DNA of 64,000 nucleotides, taken from Bdellovibrionota bacterium. Lineage in GTDB: Bacteria; Bdellovibrionota_C; UBA2361; CALJRW01. The position numbers and the translations under genes are program-made. The stretch spans positions 89,060 through 153,059 of the forward strand of contig JBGSMD010000009.1 in the NCBI GenBank assembly GCA_041740355.1. The letters run 5' to 3'. The notes beneath the pieces were generated by a model. It searched no databases. It was not told where the DNA came from and worked only from the letters and a program-made list of their open reading frames with translations. Within the stretch, counting starts at the first letter, position 1. Every line of letters begins with the position of its first letter. Positions 51,636 to 61,847 of this stretch are shown here, piece after piece.

Positions 51636-53036
51636 CTAACTAAATGAACCACCTAAAGCAAGATGAAGATTTACTCTTTCTGATAATCGCGTTGCCTGTA
51701 ATAAAATTAGTTTACTACGTGCCAAATCGATTTTTGCTTGTAATTGAAGGACTGTTAGAATGTCAGCCTTACCAGACTGTTCTTCTAACTTGCGAATTCT
51801 AAGAGCCTGCTGCAAATCACTAACTTCAGCTTGGATAAATTTTTCTTGGAGCGCCAAACTTTGCTCCAGAGAAAGTTCATTCTCCACTTCACTAAAAGCA
51901 ATTAAAGCTGCCTGACCATAACTAGCAAAAGCTTTTTCTTGCTGAGCTGTGGCGATTTCAATTTCAGCATCTAATTTCCCCCCATCAAAAATAGGAGCAG
52001 TAAAATTTGAAGCAATATTAAAAAATCCATTATTGCCAGTTAGACTTGAAAGTTGTGAATGGGAAGTCCCCAAATTTGCCGACAGCGAAATCTTAGGAAG
52101 TTTGGCCAGTTTACTTGCTTCTACATTTTTAAAGGCAGCTCGAACTACTCTTTCTGCGGCAGCAATGTCTGGTCTTCTCTCTAAAATTTCAGATGGAAGT
52201 CCTGCTGGAACAGTCTTTGGTTGTCTGGGAAGAGCCTTGGCTGTTGCAATTTCTCCACTTGGATATCTTCCCAAGAGAATTTCAAGCGCTCTGGCTGATT
52301 GTTCCTGAACTGTTTTAATGCGCTGCTGTTTTTCACTAGCAGAAGAAAGTTCTGAACGTACTAAAAAAAGATCCTGATCACTTTGTTTTCCAGATTTACT
52401 CCGGGCATCCAAAACTCGAATCATTTCATTGTAGGTGTTGATATTATTTTGAATAAGTCCTACCTGCAAATTAGATTCAATTGCCAAAAACCAAGCTTTG
52501 GCAACAGCCGCTGCAAGTGATTGACGAGCAAACTCATAATCTAACTTAGCTCCCTCATAGGACTCACTTGCTGAATCACGCTGTGAGCGAAGTCTTCCCC
52601 AGACATCTAATTCCCAGGAAACATTTAATCCTGCCCCACGATTAGAAACACTATCAGATAATGAGGACCCTCGTTCCGCGGCCGAACCACTTACGTTCAC
52701 TTGTGGTGCAAGACTTGCTCCGGCCACTTTAGCTTCAGCTGCTGCCTGATCAAGGCTAGCCTTTGCACCTCGCAGTCCTAAATTATTTATTTGTGCTTCG
52801 CTTACTATGGCAATCAAAGCTTTGTCGCCAAAAGATGCTAGCCAGCTGTCAGTTACTGATCCTTGGCTCGTTTCTGTTTGCCAAGAAGTGGGAATAACAG
52901 CCTTGCCTAAGGCCTCATTAGAAATGGCTTTTGTTGAAGGGGCATCCTTTGTAGCGCATCCAAAAGCCACAATTGCAAGAGATAAAAAACAGCCTAGGAA
53001 AATTTTGCGTTTAACAGATGTCATCAATAAATTCAT
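51636..53036 (-). CDS. Outer-membrane efflux lipoprotein (NodT/OprM family)
   Basis: VAFGC lipobox, SWELDVWG, PSEILERRPDI, LHLALGG. Confidence 0.92.
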   Translation of the reverse strand: MNLLMTSVKRKIFLGCFLSLAIVAFGCATKDAPSTKAISNEALGKAVIPTSWQTETSQGSVTDSWLASFGDKALIAIVSEAQINNLGLRGAKASLDQAAAEAKVAGASLAPQVNVSGSAAERGSSLSDSVSNRGAGLNVSWELDVWGRLRSQRDSASESYEGAKLDYEFARQSLAAAVAKAWFLAIESNLQVGLIQNNINTYNEMIRVLDARSKSGKQSDQDLFLVRSELSSASEKQQRIKTVQEQSARALEILLGRYPSGEIATAKALPRQPKTVPAGLPSEILERRPDIAAAERVVRAAFKNVEASKLAKLPKISLSANLGTSHSQLSSLTGNNGFFNIASNFTAPIFDGGKLDAEIEIATAQQEKAFASYGQAALIAFSEVENELSLEQSLALQEKFIQAEVSDLQQALRIRKLEEQSGKADILTVLQLQAKIDLARSKLILLQATRLSERVNLHLALGGSFS

Positions 53037-53051
53037 TTTTAAAATTATGGA

Positions 53052-53145
53052 ATATACTAAAACCAATTAGAAATTACCTTACAACTTGAAAAAAAGCTTA
53101 CTGCTTTTCCCGTATATCGGGCCTAAGCATATTTGTTTTCTCAAG
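53052..53145 (+). repeat. Partial copy of the composite repeat (TATACTAAAAC module)
   Basis: ATATACTAAAACC...AAAAAAGCT...GCTTTT.CCG...ATCGGG...ATATTTGTTTTC. Confidence 0.7.
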
Positions 53146-53168
53146 TAATTTGATAGTCTTCGATCGGA

Positions 53169-54116
53169 TTAAAACGGCAACCAATTCTCCCAACTCTTAA
53201 TTCGCAGGATTATTCTTCTAACAATATTTAACATTCTGGCATTACCAGTATAAACACTTACTGTAGCACTTGAACCAACTGGTAGTTTTAGATCTTTTAC
53301 TTCCTGATCTAATTCAAAAAGCACTGGAACTAAATCACGTTCTTTTAAACTAGTAAAATTTTCTAGTTGGCCACTAGCGCGAAGTAAAGCATTTGCCATG
53401 ATCGGTTGCACCATTTTAACCTTACCGCTGTATACGTCCCCAGGTCGAATATCAAAAGCAACTTCCGCTTCGTTGTTTTCTTTGATAAATTCAATTTCAT
53501 TCTGGGAAAATGCCGCAATTAAATATGGACCTTCGGCATGAATAAAGATCATTACTTGATTAAAAACAACGGGTGTTACCATTTGTCCTGGACGGACTAC
53601 AACTTGGGTAAGATATCCATCTGCCGGAGCTCGGACAACTGTTGCATCTAATTGATATTGAGCAACACCTAAATCTGCTTTTAGTCTATTAGCTTCGGAA
53701 TTAGCCTGATCAAAATCTGCCTTATTCCCCGCCTTTTGATCCATTAAGCGTTTCTCCTGAGCTAATTTTATTTCTGCGAGATCTAACTGCGCTTGAATCG
53801 AAGCAACTCTATCTTTGTATTGGGAAGGATCAATTGTAAATAAAGCCGTTCCTTTCTTTAGCAGAGTGTTACCCTCAGCTGTTACTTCTAAAACTTTTCC
53901 TTGGATCTCAGACACAATTGGTGTGTTAATGGCATAGGTACGAGCTTGATTTGTCATAGGCTGGTATCTACCAAGCAACAGCAAACCAAAAAACACAGTA
54001 ACCATTCCAATGAAGATTGTTGTGACTGTTGTCCAAAGATTAATTGGTAAAAGCTTAAACTTTTTAAAGATTAGCCACCAAATTGCGAAATATCCACCGA
54101 AAACTATCTCAAGCAT
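53169..54116 (-). CDS. HlyD/YiaV-like membrane fusion protein
   Basis: LFTIDP, TVVRAPADG, C-terminal RRIILRIKSW. Confidence 0.88.
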   Translation of the reverse strand: MLEIVFGGYFAIWWLIFKKFKLLPINLWTTVTTIFIGMVTVFFGLLLLGRYQPMTNQARTYAINTPIVSEIQGKVLEVTAEGNTLLKKGTALFTIDPSQYKDRVASIQAQLDLAEIKLAQEKRLMDQKAGNKADFDQANSEANRLKADLGVAQYQLDATVVRAPADGYLTQVVVRPGQMVTPVVFNQVMIFIHAEGPYLIAAFSQNEIEFIKENNEAEVAFDIRPGDVYSGKVKMVQPIMANALLRASGQLENFTSLKERDLVPVLFELDQEVKDLKLPVGSSATVSVYTGNARMLNIVRRIILRIKSWENWLPF

Positions 54117-54465
54117 TTTGTGACCCTCTAATTGTAATTTTTCTGATTTCTTTTTCTAGTTCAGCAATTCGTGTTTGAAGATCTAGGATTTGAGGATCGG
54201 CCGAGTCTAATGAATCAACTACCTTAACAGAAACCACTCCCCTACTTGAAACTGCCCATAAAAATACGAGTGGCCAAATTGCATGCAATGTAAAAAGACT
54301 TAGCCAGCAAGCGTAATGGATTGCTTCAACTTGAGGATGATTTCTTTTTTTTGCAATATGATGCGGCAAGTCATGAATAAAAATGAAGATATAAAATATT
54401 GCCGTAACAGAAAGACAGAGAATTATGAGAGCAAAGTAATCTAACATGGTAAAAGTTTTAGACAA
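54109..54465 (-). CDS. DUF3302/YiaW-like inner membrane protein (start may be 54447)
   Basis: HDLP..IAKKRNHPQVEAI....W.SLFTL..IWP...LWA. Confidence 0.85.
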   Translation of the reverse strand: MSKTFTMLDYFALIILCLSVTAIFYIFIFIHDLPHHIAKKRNHPQVEAIHYACWLSLFTLHAIWPLVFLWAVSSRGVVSVKVVDSLDSADPQILDLQTRIAELEKEIRKITIRGSQNA

Positions 54466-54515
54466 TTTTAGTCATCTTTTCAAGTACTATTAAACTTCTA
54501 GGTTAGTTAGTAAGT

Positions 54516-54660
54516 TTAGTCCCATATTGGAATGACCTGTATCCAATTCGGTGTCGATATTAATTATTTTCTTGATACAGTATTAACTACCCGACACTAA
54601 GTGATGTTTATTAATATGCCGCCTATGATGCTTTAGTATCTCTGAATAGAATGGGACTAA
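54516..54660. mobile_element. MITE-like element with 10-bp terminal inverted repeats
   Basis: TTAGTCCCAT...ATGGGACTAA with internal GTGTCG...CGACAC stem. Confidence 0.5.
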
Positions 54661-54769
54661 TACAAGACATGCCAGATTTGATTGAAGGTCAGCAAAGTAA
54701 TTAATTAACGAACAACTTTGGCAATCTAAAATTATATTTTTTACTGCAGCGATCGGTTTTAAATAATTA

Positions 54770-55293
54770 CTAAATATTGTGATTCTTTGAAATCAAATAA
54801 TCTAGGTATGGCAATTCCTTTCCACTAACAGTTTTCTTAATGTATTCTTTTTGAACTTTACCACCTAAGTATTCAGCAACTCTTCGACTTGGTATATTTA
54901 TTGTGGCACATGGCCAAATAATCTGATCGTAGTCTAGATTTTTATCGGCCCACAGTTTACTACTTCCCGTCCGTAGCGATGACCTTGAGCAGACTCCTTC
55001 ACCCAACCACCCATCTCAGGTATCTTTTGATCTAAATCTTCTAAAGCAAAACATCCCAGAAACTCATTAGTATCTTTTAACAATACGACCATAAATAAGA
55101 GGATGCCTTGCTCCATTTCCACTTCCCTTCTTTTAATTCGCACTTCTACATCTTCCATACTTTCTGATGGCCCATGATTCATGTAGGCGGTGACTGATTG
55201 GTTATATTCCAGAAAAATCTGCTCAGAGTATTCACTTGAGATTGGGACAAGTAATAACCTTTCTGTTTCTATTATTATTTTACTTAAGTTCAT
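54770..55293 (-). pseudogene. RimJ/RimL-type GNAT acetyltransferase, frameshifted
   Basis: IETERLLL...EMGGW...GREVV in one frame, continuing as KLWADKN...NIPSRRVAEYLGG in another; shift near 54960. Confidence 0.8.
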
Positions 55294-55399
55294 CAGGGTT
55301 CTGAGATGTTAAAATTGTAAGCATTTCATATTATTGGATGTAACTATAATTAAAAAGGATTATCTATCTTATAACTAGTTTAAAGATTATAGTTTTCAA

Positions 55400-56101
55400 A
55401 TGGCAATATTTACTAGCGACATCTCCAAAAAAGATTTTCCGATTTCCGATAAAATATCAGGAAACGTAATTAAGCAACCAATTCTAAATTCTATTCAAGA
55501 AGAGAATCCCGATTTTACCAGAGAACAATATTTATCAATTAGTGAATTAAATTATTTTCGAGAAAAATATATCGCAAATTCCTTAATCCATGAAATTGGT
55601 GAACTAACTGAAATGGATCAGACGGTTATTGATTCACTTAGCGACAGAACTACTATATTAACTAAAATTGAATCTGAAGAAAAAACGTCAATTACCTATG
55701 GTCAGAAAGTTGCCGATCAGGTAGCAACTTTTGGTGGAAGCTGGACCTTCATCCTCTCCTTCGGTGCTTTCATTGTTCTTTGGATTGCCTTAAATATTTT
55801 AATCTTTCTAAACAAAGGATTTGACCCCTACCCCTTTATTCTTTTAAATTTAATACTCTCCTGCTTAGCAGCGCTACAGGCACCAGTTATTATGATGAGT
55901 CAAAATCGCCAAGAAGAGAAAGACCGTGATCGAGCGAAAAAGGATTACATGATTAATCTTAAGTCGGAACTAGAGATTCGAATGTTACACGAAAAGATCG
56001 ATCACTTAATCATGCATCAGCAACAGGAACTCTTGGAAATCCAAAAAGTTCAAATTGAGATGATAACGGATATCCTGAAGCAAATAAAACCTGATAATTA
56101 A
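55400..56101 (+). CDS. DUF1003 membrane protein
   Basis: FGGSW.FI, FDPYPFILLNL, QAPVIMMSQNRQ. Confidence 0.92.
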   Translation: MAIFTSDISKKDFPISDKISGNVIKQPILNSIQEENPDFTREQYLSISELNYFREKYIANSLIHEIGELTEMDQTVIDSLSDRTTILTKIESEEKTSITYGQKVADQVATFGGSWTFILSFGAFIVLWIALNILIFLNKGFDPYPFILLNLILSCLAALQAPVIMMSQNRQEEKDRDRAKKDYMINLKSELEIRMLHEKIDHLIMHQQQELLEIQKVQIEMITDILKQIKPDN

Positions 56102-56544
56102 ATGTCTTTCTTTGCAAAGTTAGTAGCGAATCTTAACAAGTAACCATCTGGATCTAAAACTAAGAACTGTTTAACTCCTTGCAGTTGATTATTTACTCGA
56201 TAGCTTTTTTCTTCCATTGGAAATTTAATTGGATAATTATTATTCTGTAATGAACTATAAATCAGATTAATGTCAGGAATGGTAATTTCTAGGTTAATGC
56301 CTCGACCAAAAGGATACTGCATTTCAGCAGTTCTCCACTGACGGTTCGTCACAAACTCTAAATCAGTAACAGCATGGAGAGCTGCTGTATGATCTAACAT
56401 GATATGAACGTCAGCTAGAAAGACTTCAGCAAAACCTTCTTCTTTTCGCTCGGCATAAATTCCAAAGCCTAGTATCTTTGTGTAAAAATTAAGTGACTGT
56501 TGAATATCTGTCACGAGTAATTCAGGGACTAACAAAGGGCGCAT
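56098..56544 (-). CDS. VOC / bleomycin-resistance family protein
   Basis: LVPELLVTD...SLNFY...LGF; DPDGYLLRF. Confidence 0.9.
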   Translation of the reverse strand: MRPLLVPELLVTDIQQSLNFYTKILGFGIYAERKEEGFAEVFLADVHIMLDHTAALHAVTDLEFVTNRQWRTAEMQYPFGRGINLEITIPDINLIYSSLQNNNYPIKFPMEEKSYRVNNQLQGVKQFLVLDPDGYLLRFATNFAKKDI

Positions 56545-56580
56545 ATCAGAAATAAAAGATAAAACTTAGAAAGTTTTGTT

Positions 56581-57210
56581 TTAACCAATAAAATATTTAG
56601 TTAATTCACCAAAACTACCAAATGATTTTGGTTCTCCTGTCGCTTTCCCAAATCCATAGTTAACATGAAAGTAAGGAACACCTGCTTGAATTGAAGACTG
56701 CTCATCCCCCGCAGTATCACCAATATAACACGGTGAAGTTAAATTTTGACGATTAACAAGTGCTTGAATATTACTAGCTTTATTTCTTTGTGTGTTTCCA
56801 AAACATTCCAAATCTTTAAAAAGATATCCCACTCCACTAAACTGATGAAAGGCTTTTAAATAAGCAGTTCCACAGTTACTAACCAGATAAAGTGGGTAGT
56901 AAATACTCAAGGCTTTCAGTCCATCCGCAACTCCTTCATACAGAGCTTTTGGTGCTAATGTTTTAAGTAAATTATTTTCAATCTCCTCAAAACTACTTAG
57001 AATCTGATTATGTAGTATGTCTGGTATGCCAGCTAACAATAACTGATCACATTCATTCGCAGGCTTACCACAAAGAACATTTATATCTGCAGCAACTATT
57101 CTTTTTGAGAGATTATATTTCTCAAAAGCCTGATTAAAAGCATCCGCCGTATTGGAACAGGAATCCCAAAGCGTCCCATCAAGATCAAATATTAAACCAT
57201 CATATTGCAT
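56581..57210 (-). CDS. HAD-family hydrolase (phosphoglycolate phosphatase-like)
   Basis: FDLDGTL, VSN, YIGDT..D. Confidence 0.9.
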   Translation of the reverse strand: MQYDGLIFDLDGTLWDSCSNTADAFNQAFEKYNLSKRIVAADINVLCGKPANECDQLLLAGIPDILHNQILSSFEEIENNLLKTLAPKALYEGVADGLKALSIYYPLYLVSNCGTAYLKAFHQFSGVGYLFKDLECFGNTQRNKASNIQALVNRQNLTSPCYIGDTAGDEQSSIQAGVPYFHVNYGFGKATGEPKSFGSFGELTKYFIG

Positions 57211-57593
57211 GTTATTATCCTAAACTAGCATTTCATTAAAACCAACATCTTAAAAAATGAAACTAAGGCATTTAGAGATGAGATTATCAAAATAGCCCAA
57301 CTTTCTTAAGGGGCAACAAACAATCCAATATGTTTTTCTTAGTTAATACTACTGCTAAATAATGTCCATTTTCTTGTTAGGACTCTTCCCCTATGATAAA
57401 ACTTCAAAATAAGCTATAAACTCGTTAACTTAGAATAATAAAGAGTGCTTAATAAGACTCTAAACGTGTATATATCCACTGGGATTTTGATTTTTGAACA
57501 TGCGACTTGCTGTTTCTCTTATAAGCTTCAACATTCCTTAGTATCTTCCACTACCTAAGCCATATTCAATAAAACAAAAACTTTTAAATAATT

Positions 57594-59054
57594 ATGAACG
57601 AAACAACTGAAACAATAGAATCAACATTTACAAATTTAGTAAACGAACCTTCAATTTTAGCAACCCTGACAAGCTTAGGGTTTACTAAAGCAACTCCAGT
57701 CCAAAGCTTAACTATTCTACCTGCCTTAGATCATAAGGATCTAGTTGTGGAAGCGAAAACTGGTAGTGGAAAAACATTAGCCTTCGGTGTGCCAATGCTT
57801 TGTCAGCTTCAAGCTGAACTTAATAAAGGTCCTGTAACCAAACCATTTGGTTTAGTGGTAACACCTACTCGTGAGCTTGCTGTGCAGATAGCGACAGTTC
57901 TTGGACAAATCATTCCTGACCTTGCTCCAGTAACATTAATTGGTGGAATCCCCTACCCAAAACAAAAACGTCAACTGCAAGAAGATCCAAGAATTGTTGT
58001 TGGAACACCCGGGCGAATCTTAGATGCAATCGATCAGGGAGATCTAGTATTAAGCGAACTAAAAATGTTTGTCTTAGATGAAGCGGATGAAATGTTTTCT
58101 ATTGGATTCACAGAAGATGTAGAAAATATTCTTAGTTCAATTCCAGAAAAAGCACAGGGACTATTTGTGAGCGCAACAATTTCACCCCGAATCATAGCTT
58201 TAGCTAATAAATTCTTACGTGAACCGGTACATATTTCCGCGGCAACAGAAGATGATTTACCACCAGATATTAGACATATTTATTGTGAAGTTGGTGATGA
58301 AGTAATTGATAAGCCGATGGCACTTTGTGATTTCCTTGAGGCATTACAACCAGAATCTGCGATTATTTTTTGTAATACTAAATCTGAAACTGAGTTAGTC
58401 GAAGAGTTTATGCGTCGTCGTGGATTTGATGCTCGTCGAATGAATTCGGATTTAACTCAAGTTCAGCGCAATAAAATCATGGAGAAGATTAGAGCGCGTG
58501 AATTACGTTACCTAATCGCCACAGACATTGCAGCCAGAGGAATTGATATCGCTCAAATTGAATTGGTAGTTAACTTTAGTATTCATCATCAGTCTGAATC
58601 TTATGTTCACCGAACGGGAAGAACAGGACGTGCTGGAAGAAAAGGGACTGCCCTTTCATTAGTAGGCCCACATGACTTTATGGGATTCCAAGGAGTTAAA
58701 GCATTAGGTATTCCTTTAGAAAAAATTAAACAGCCATCCGATGAAGAAGTTGCTAGTGCACAAATTCTACATTTAACAGAAAGTCTTAAAACTACTCGAG
58801 CTAAACTTCGCCCTAGGGATATAGTTTTGGGAAAAGAAATTGTTAAATTGATCCAAGAGAACTCAGCCAATGCTGTTAATCCAGAGGAATTATTGGCAAC
58901 TATTGCTAGGTATACTCTGGAACACTTAGTAGATTTGAAAGCCTTAAGTCTAGAAGAAGAATTAGATAAAACTGCCGCAACGCGTAGTTCTAATCAACAG
59001 AATTACAAACCTCAGGATCGCCAGCATAACAATAATCGTCGTCAACAACGGTAA
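57594..59054 (+). CDS. DEAD-box RNA helicase
   Basis: AKTGSGKT, PTRELA, DEAD, SAT, ARGID, HRTGRTGR. Confidence 0.96.
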   Translation: MNETTETIESTFTNLVNEPSILATLTSLGFTKATPVQSLTILPALDHKDLVVEAKTGSGKTLAFGVPMLCQLQAELNKGPVTKPFGLVVTPTRELAVQIATVLGQIIPDLAPVTLIGGIPYPKQKRQLQEDPRIVVGTPGRILDAIDQGDLVLSELKMFVLDEADEMFSIGFTEDVENILSSIPEKAQGLFVSATISPRIIALANKFLREPVHISAATEDDLPPDIRHIYCEVGDEVIDKPMALCDFLEALQPESAIIFCNTKSETELVEEFMRRRGFDARRMNSDLTQVQRNKIMEKIRARELRYLIATDIAARGIDIAQIELVVNFSIHHQSESYVHRTGRTGRAGRKGTALSLVGPHDFMGFQGVKALGIPLEKIKQPSDEEVASAQILHLTESLKTTRAKLRPRDIVLGKEIVKLIQENSANAVNPEELLATIARYTLEHLVDLKALSLEEELDKTAATRSSNQQNYKPQDRQHNNNRRQQR

Positions 59055-59076
59055 TTATAATCAAATCCTGAATGTT

Positions 59077-59106
59077 AGAGGTCATTTCAAAATAGAAATG
59101 GCCTCT
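59077..59106 (+). terminator. Hairpin after the helicase gene
   Basis: AGAGGTCATTTC...GAAATGGCCTCT. Confidence 0.6.
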
Positions 59107-59152
59107 CATTACTCTCAATAAAACTCCAACTACAACAAGTGACAAATCCTAA

Positions 59153-59243
59153 TAACCTGAATTCGACATAAGAATTCTACTACGATAAGCAAATTGACTG
59201 AATTTGCTTATCTCATTACGAATCTTATATCGAACTCAGGTTA
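59153..59243. repeat. 91-bp palindromic element (MITE/RPE-like)
   Basis: TAACCTGAATTCGACATAAGA...TCTTATATCGAACTCAGGTTA arms with inner GATAAGCAAATT/AATTTGCTTATC stem. Confidence 0.7.
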
Positions 59244-59298
59244 ATAGTTTTCTTTAAATATTGTGGTGGGTTATTCAATGTCATGCTAGTTTAAGCTA

Positions 59299-59751
59299 AT
59301 GATCAAACACGCCTTCTTAATTCTAACCATTCTGCTAACTTCTTGTTCAACAATCCTAGCTAAGCCAGATGTAAATATCATTGATGTTCAATTTCAAGAA
59401 TCAACTTTATTAGAAACTAATTTACAAATAAAAATCCGAATAATTAATCCTGGAAACAAGACGATCGTAATATCAGGATCCAAACATAACGTGAAAATTA
59501 ATGATTATGGACTAGGCAAAGCACAAAGTAGCAATCGAATCGAGCTTCCTCCTTTAGGAGAGGTTACTGACACTTTAATTCTAAGAATGAGTAATTTAAA
59601 ACTAATGACTAAGTTGGAAAGATTAATTAATTCTAACAACTTCACATATGAGATCGATAGTACTTTTTACACTAACCAATTGTTTGGCTTAGGGACGATG
59701 AATACCGTAGCTAAAGGTTCCGTTTATACAGGTAGTAATGAAATAGATTAG
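59299..59751 (+). CDS. LEA_2/WHy domain lipoprotein
   Basis: LTSC lipobox, IRIINP, ELPPLGE. Confidence 0.8.
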   Translation: MIKHAFLILTILLTSCSTILAKPDVNIIDVQFQESTLLETNLQIKIRIINPGNKTIVISGSKHNVKINDYGLGKAQSSNRIELPPLGEVTDTLILRMSNLKLMTKLERLINSNNFTYEIDSTFYTNQLFGLGTMNTVAKGSVYTGSNEID

Positions 59752-59888
59752 TGCCATTTACTCACTGATTACTTTAGAGATTCTCCTCAATTTTCAGGAA
59801 AGACTTAAGAGATTTTGGCTTCTTACCTCTGATTAGATTCAGCCAAATCAGTATTGCATCAATGATTATATGAATCTAAATTGCATTT

Positions 59889-61409
59889 ATGTTCCTAAAA
59901 AAAATTAAATTCACTGCTCTAATTACATTTTTATTCTACTTCTCAGTATCATTTTTTATTTTCTTCATCTGGGCACAGACAACTTATTCCTCAAGGATTC
60001 CTGGTGAACCTGGATTTAATGAATATTCCCGTGCAGAATTAAGTGATCAATTCCAAGGGTTAGCTGATATCCCCTTTGCCTATCGGTCCCTAGTCCCAGA
60101 TCTAGCAAGATCAATTTCAATTTTAGTACCTTCGGACTTTAAAAATTTTCTATCTGAAAAATATCCAAAATTATCTTATTTAAGCGAGACTATAAATTTA
60201 AGTGATAAAAGCTTTTACTTTGAGGCTTTTGTAGTTTTATTTTTAATTTTTTTATCACTCATAATTTATTGTTACCAAATTAGAAGACTTTTTCTAAATA
60301 ATTATGAGTCCGGATCGCTAACAGCGAATCTGGCACCTTTAGTATCACTATTATTCCTACCCCTAGTATTCTATCAAGGGACTAGATTCCCCTACGACTT
60401 CCCTCAGTTAGCTTTATTTACTTTAGCTTTAAATTTAATCATAGAAAAGAAAAAGATTTACTTCTTTACAGTCTTTATTATTTGTTGTTTTAACAAAGAA
60501 ACTGCGATTCTTTTAAGTTTTATATATTTATGCAACTTCGCTTTAGAACAGAAAAGATTGATAACTTTTATAGAAATCAGTGCTCAGATATTATTAGCCT
60601 TAGCAATCCGTCAGATATTAGAACTGAGGTTTTCCGAAAATCAAGGAGCTAACCTTGAAGATCATTTGTATTATAATTTAGAACAAATTTTTTCGGCGAA
60701 TTATCTTTTTTCTCCAGGAATAATGCTACTAATCGGAACTCTCCTCCTTTTAGTATTTAGAAAGTTTGCCCAGCGTCCAGCTTTTTTAAAAATGAGCCTG
60801 CTAATATTTATTCCTCTGGCCATGGGCAAGTTACATTCCGGAATCTGGGGAGAAACTAGGGTATTCTTAGAAGTCTATCCAATAGTTTTTTTACTGGCCT
60901 ACCAAAGTTTAGTAGAATTTTTTGCTTATCAAATTAAAGTAAAAAAGAATGTGCTAACTTACCCAGAGTCAAATACTTTCCCTTGGTTAGAAAAAAACTT
61001 TGCAATTATTTGCTATTCCCTGTCAGCGATCACCTTTACAATTGTATTATTATATTGTTTTAATATTTTTGCCCGCCCAATTTCAGCTGCTACCCGTACA
61101 ATTCTAAGTTTAGAAAACTTGCAAAATGCCACCACCGACAATCCAATCTGCATTTCCGCATTAGGTGCAAACATCGACTTGGGGTCAGTTAAATATTACG
61201 ACAACCTGCAAGTTGCCATATCAAACTCAACTAAATTTAAATTAGTATTTTATAATTTAAATAGGCAAGTTTTGAAATTATCAATTAACAAGCCAGATAT
61301 CTTTAATGTTCGAATCTTAGATTTAACTAAGCATCGAGGGTATGATCAAATCTCTATAATTCCATATGGGAATCCAGAATATTGCATATTAGCTTTTAAG
61401 CTTACATAA
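59889..61409 (+). CDS. Polytopic membrane protein, GT-C glycosyltransferase-like
   Basis: PFAYRSLVP, YDFP, NKET, ETRVF; many TM segments. Confidence 0.6.
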   Translation: MFLKKIKFTALITFLFYFSVSFFIFFIWAQTTYSSRIPGEPGFNEYSRAELSDQFQGLADIPFAYRSLVPDLARSISILVPSDFKNFLSEKYPKLSYLSETINLSDKSFYFEAFVVLFLIFLSLIIYCYQIRRLFLNNYESGSLTANLAPLVSLLFLPLVFYQGTRFPYDFPQLALFTLALNLIIEKKKIYFFTVFIICCFNKETAILLSFIYLCNFALEQKRLITFIEISAQILLALAIRQILELRFSENQGANLEDHLYYNLEQIFSANYLFSPGIMLLIGTLLLLVFRKFAQRPAFLKMSLLIFIPLAMGKLHSGIWGETRVFLEVYPIVFLLAYQSLVEFFAYQIKVKKNVLTYPESNTFPWLEKNFAIICYSLSAITFTIVLLYCFNIFARPISAATRTILSLENLQNATTDNPICISALGANIDLGSVKYYDNLQVAISNSTKFKLVFYNLNRQVLKLSINKPDIFNVRILDLTKHRGYDQISIIPYGNPEYCILAFKLT

Positions 61410-61594
61410 AATCTTAGTGTAACAAATATAGCTGAGCTCACTATCTATGTTGTTTTTAGCTATGCAGCCATAGCTTTTATTTTGGCGAGACAGGAATTTA
61501 AAATTTGCATTAGCCGAAATGACTCGGCTCAATTTACTAATGTAAATTATTTTTTGTCATTACTATATCTAAAATGCAAAAAACTTTTGGAATG

Positions 61595-61807
61595 CATACT
61601 AAAACTCATTAGGTTTTTCCGAACGGCTTGGAAAAAGCTTTTAGCTTTTTCCGCAGATCGAGTTTTAGTATAGTTGTTTTCCCCAGCTGTATGTTTATTT
61701 TATAAGCATACAGCCTAAAACCCCGTAGGGTTGCTTCAAGCACTTCATGCTTGAGATACTAGGTGATTAATTTTAAAGCAGTAATTTCTAATGTCGCCTG
61801 TGTATAT
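61595..61807 (+). repeat. ~215-bp composite palindromic repeat, copy 2
   Basis: Diverged inverted copy of 51391-51608. Confidence 0.85.
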
Positions 61808-61847
61808 AGAAAATTTTACCGTCCAACTTTAGAGCCAATCGTTAGAA

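Noticed and set aside
41400-56600. Intact integrative element or prophage at tRNA-His
   Set aside because: No integrase, phage gene or duplicated tRNA 3' end (att site) was found by eye; only island-like content
61482-61673. 63-aa ORF, plus similar short ORFs at 215-412, 11271-11468 and 42622-42810
   Set aside because: They overlap palindromic repeats or real genes, use weak starts and have no protein-like motifs
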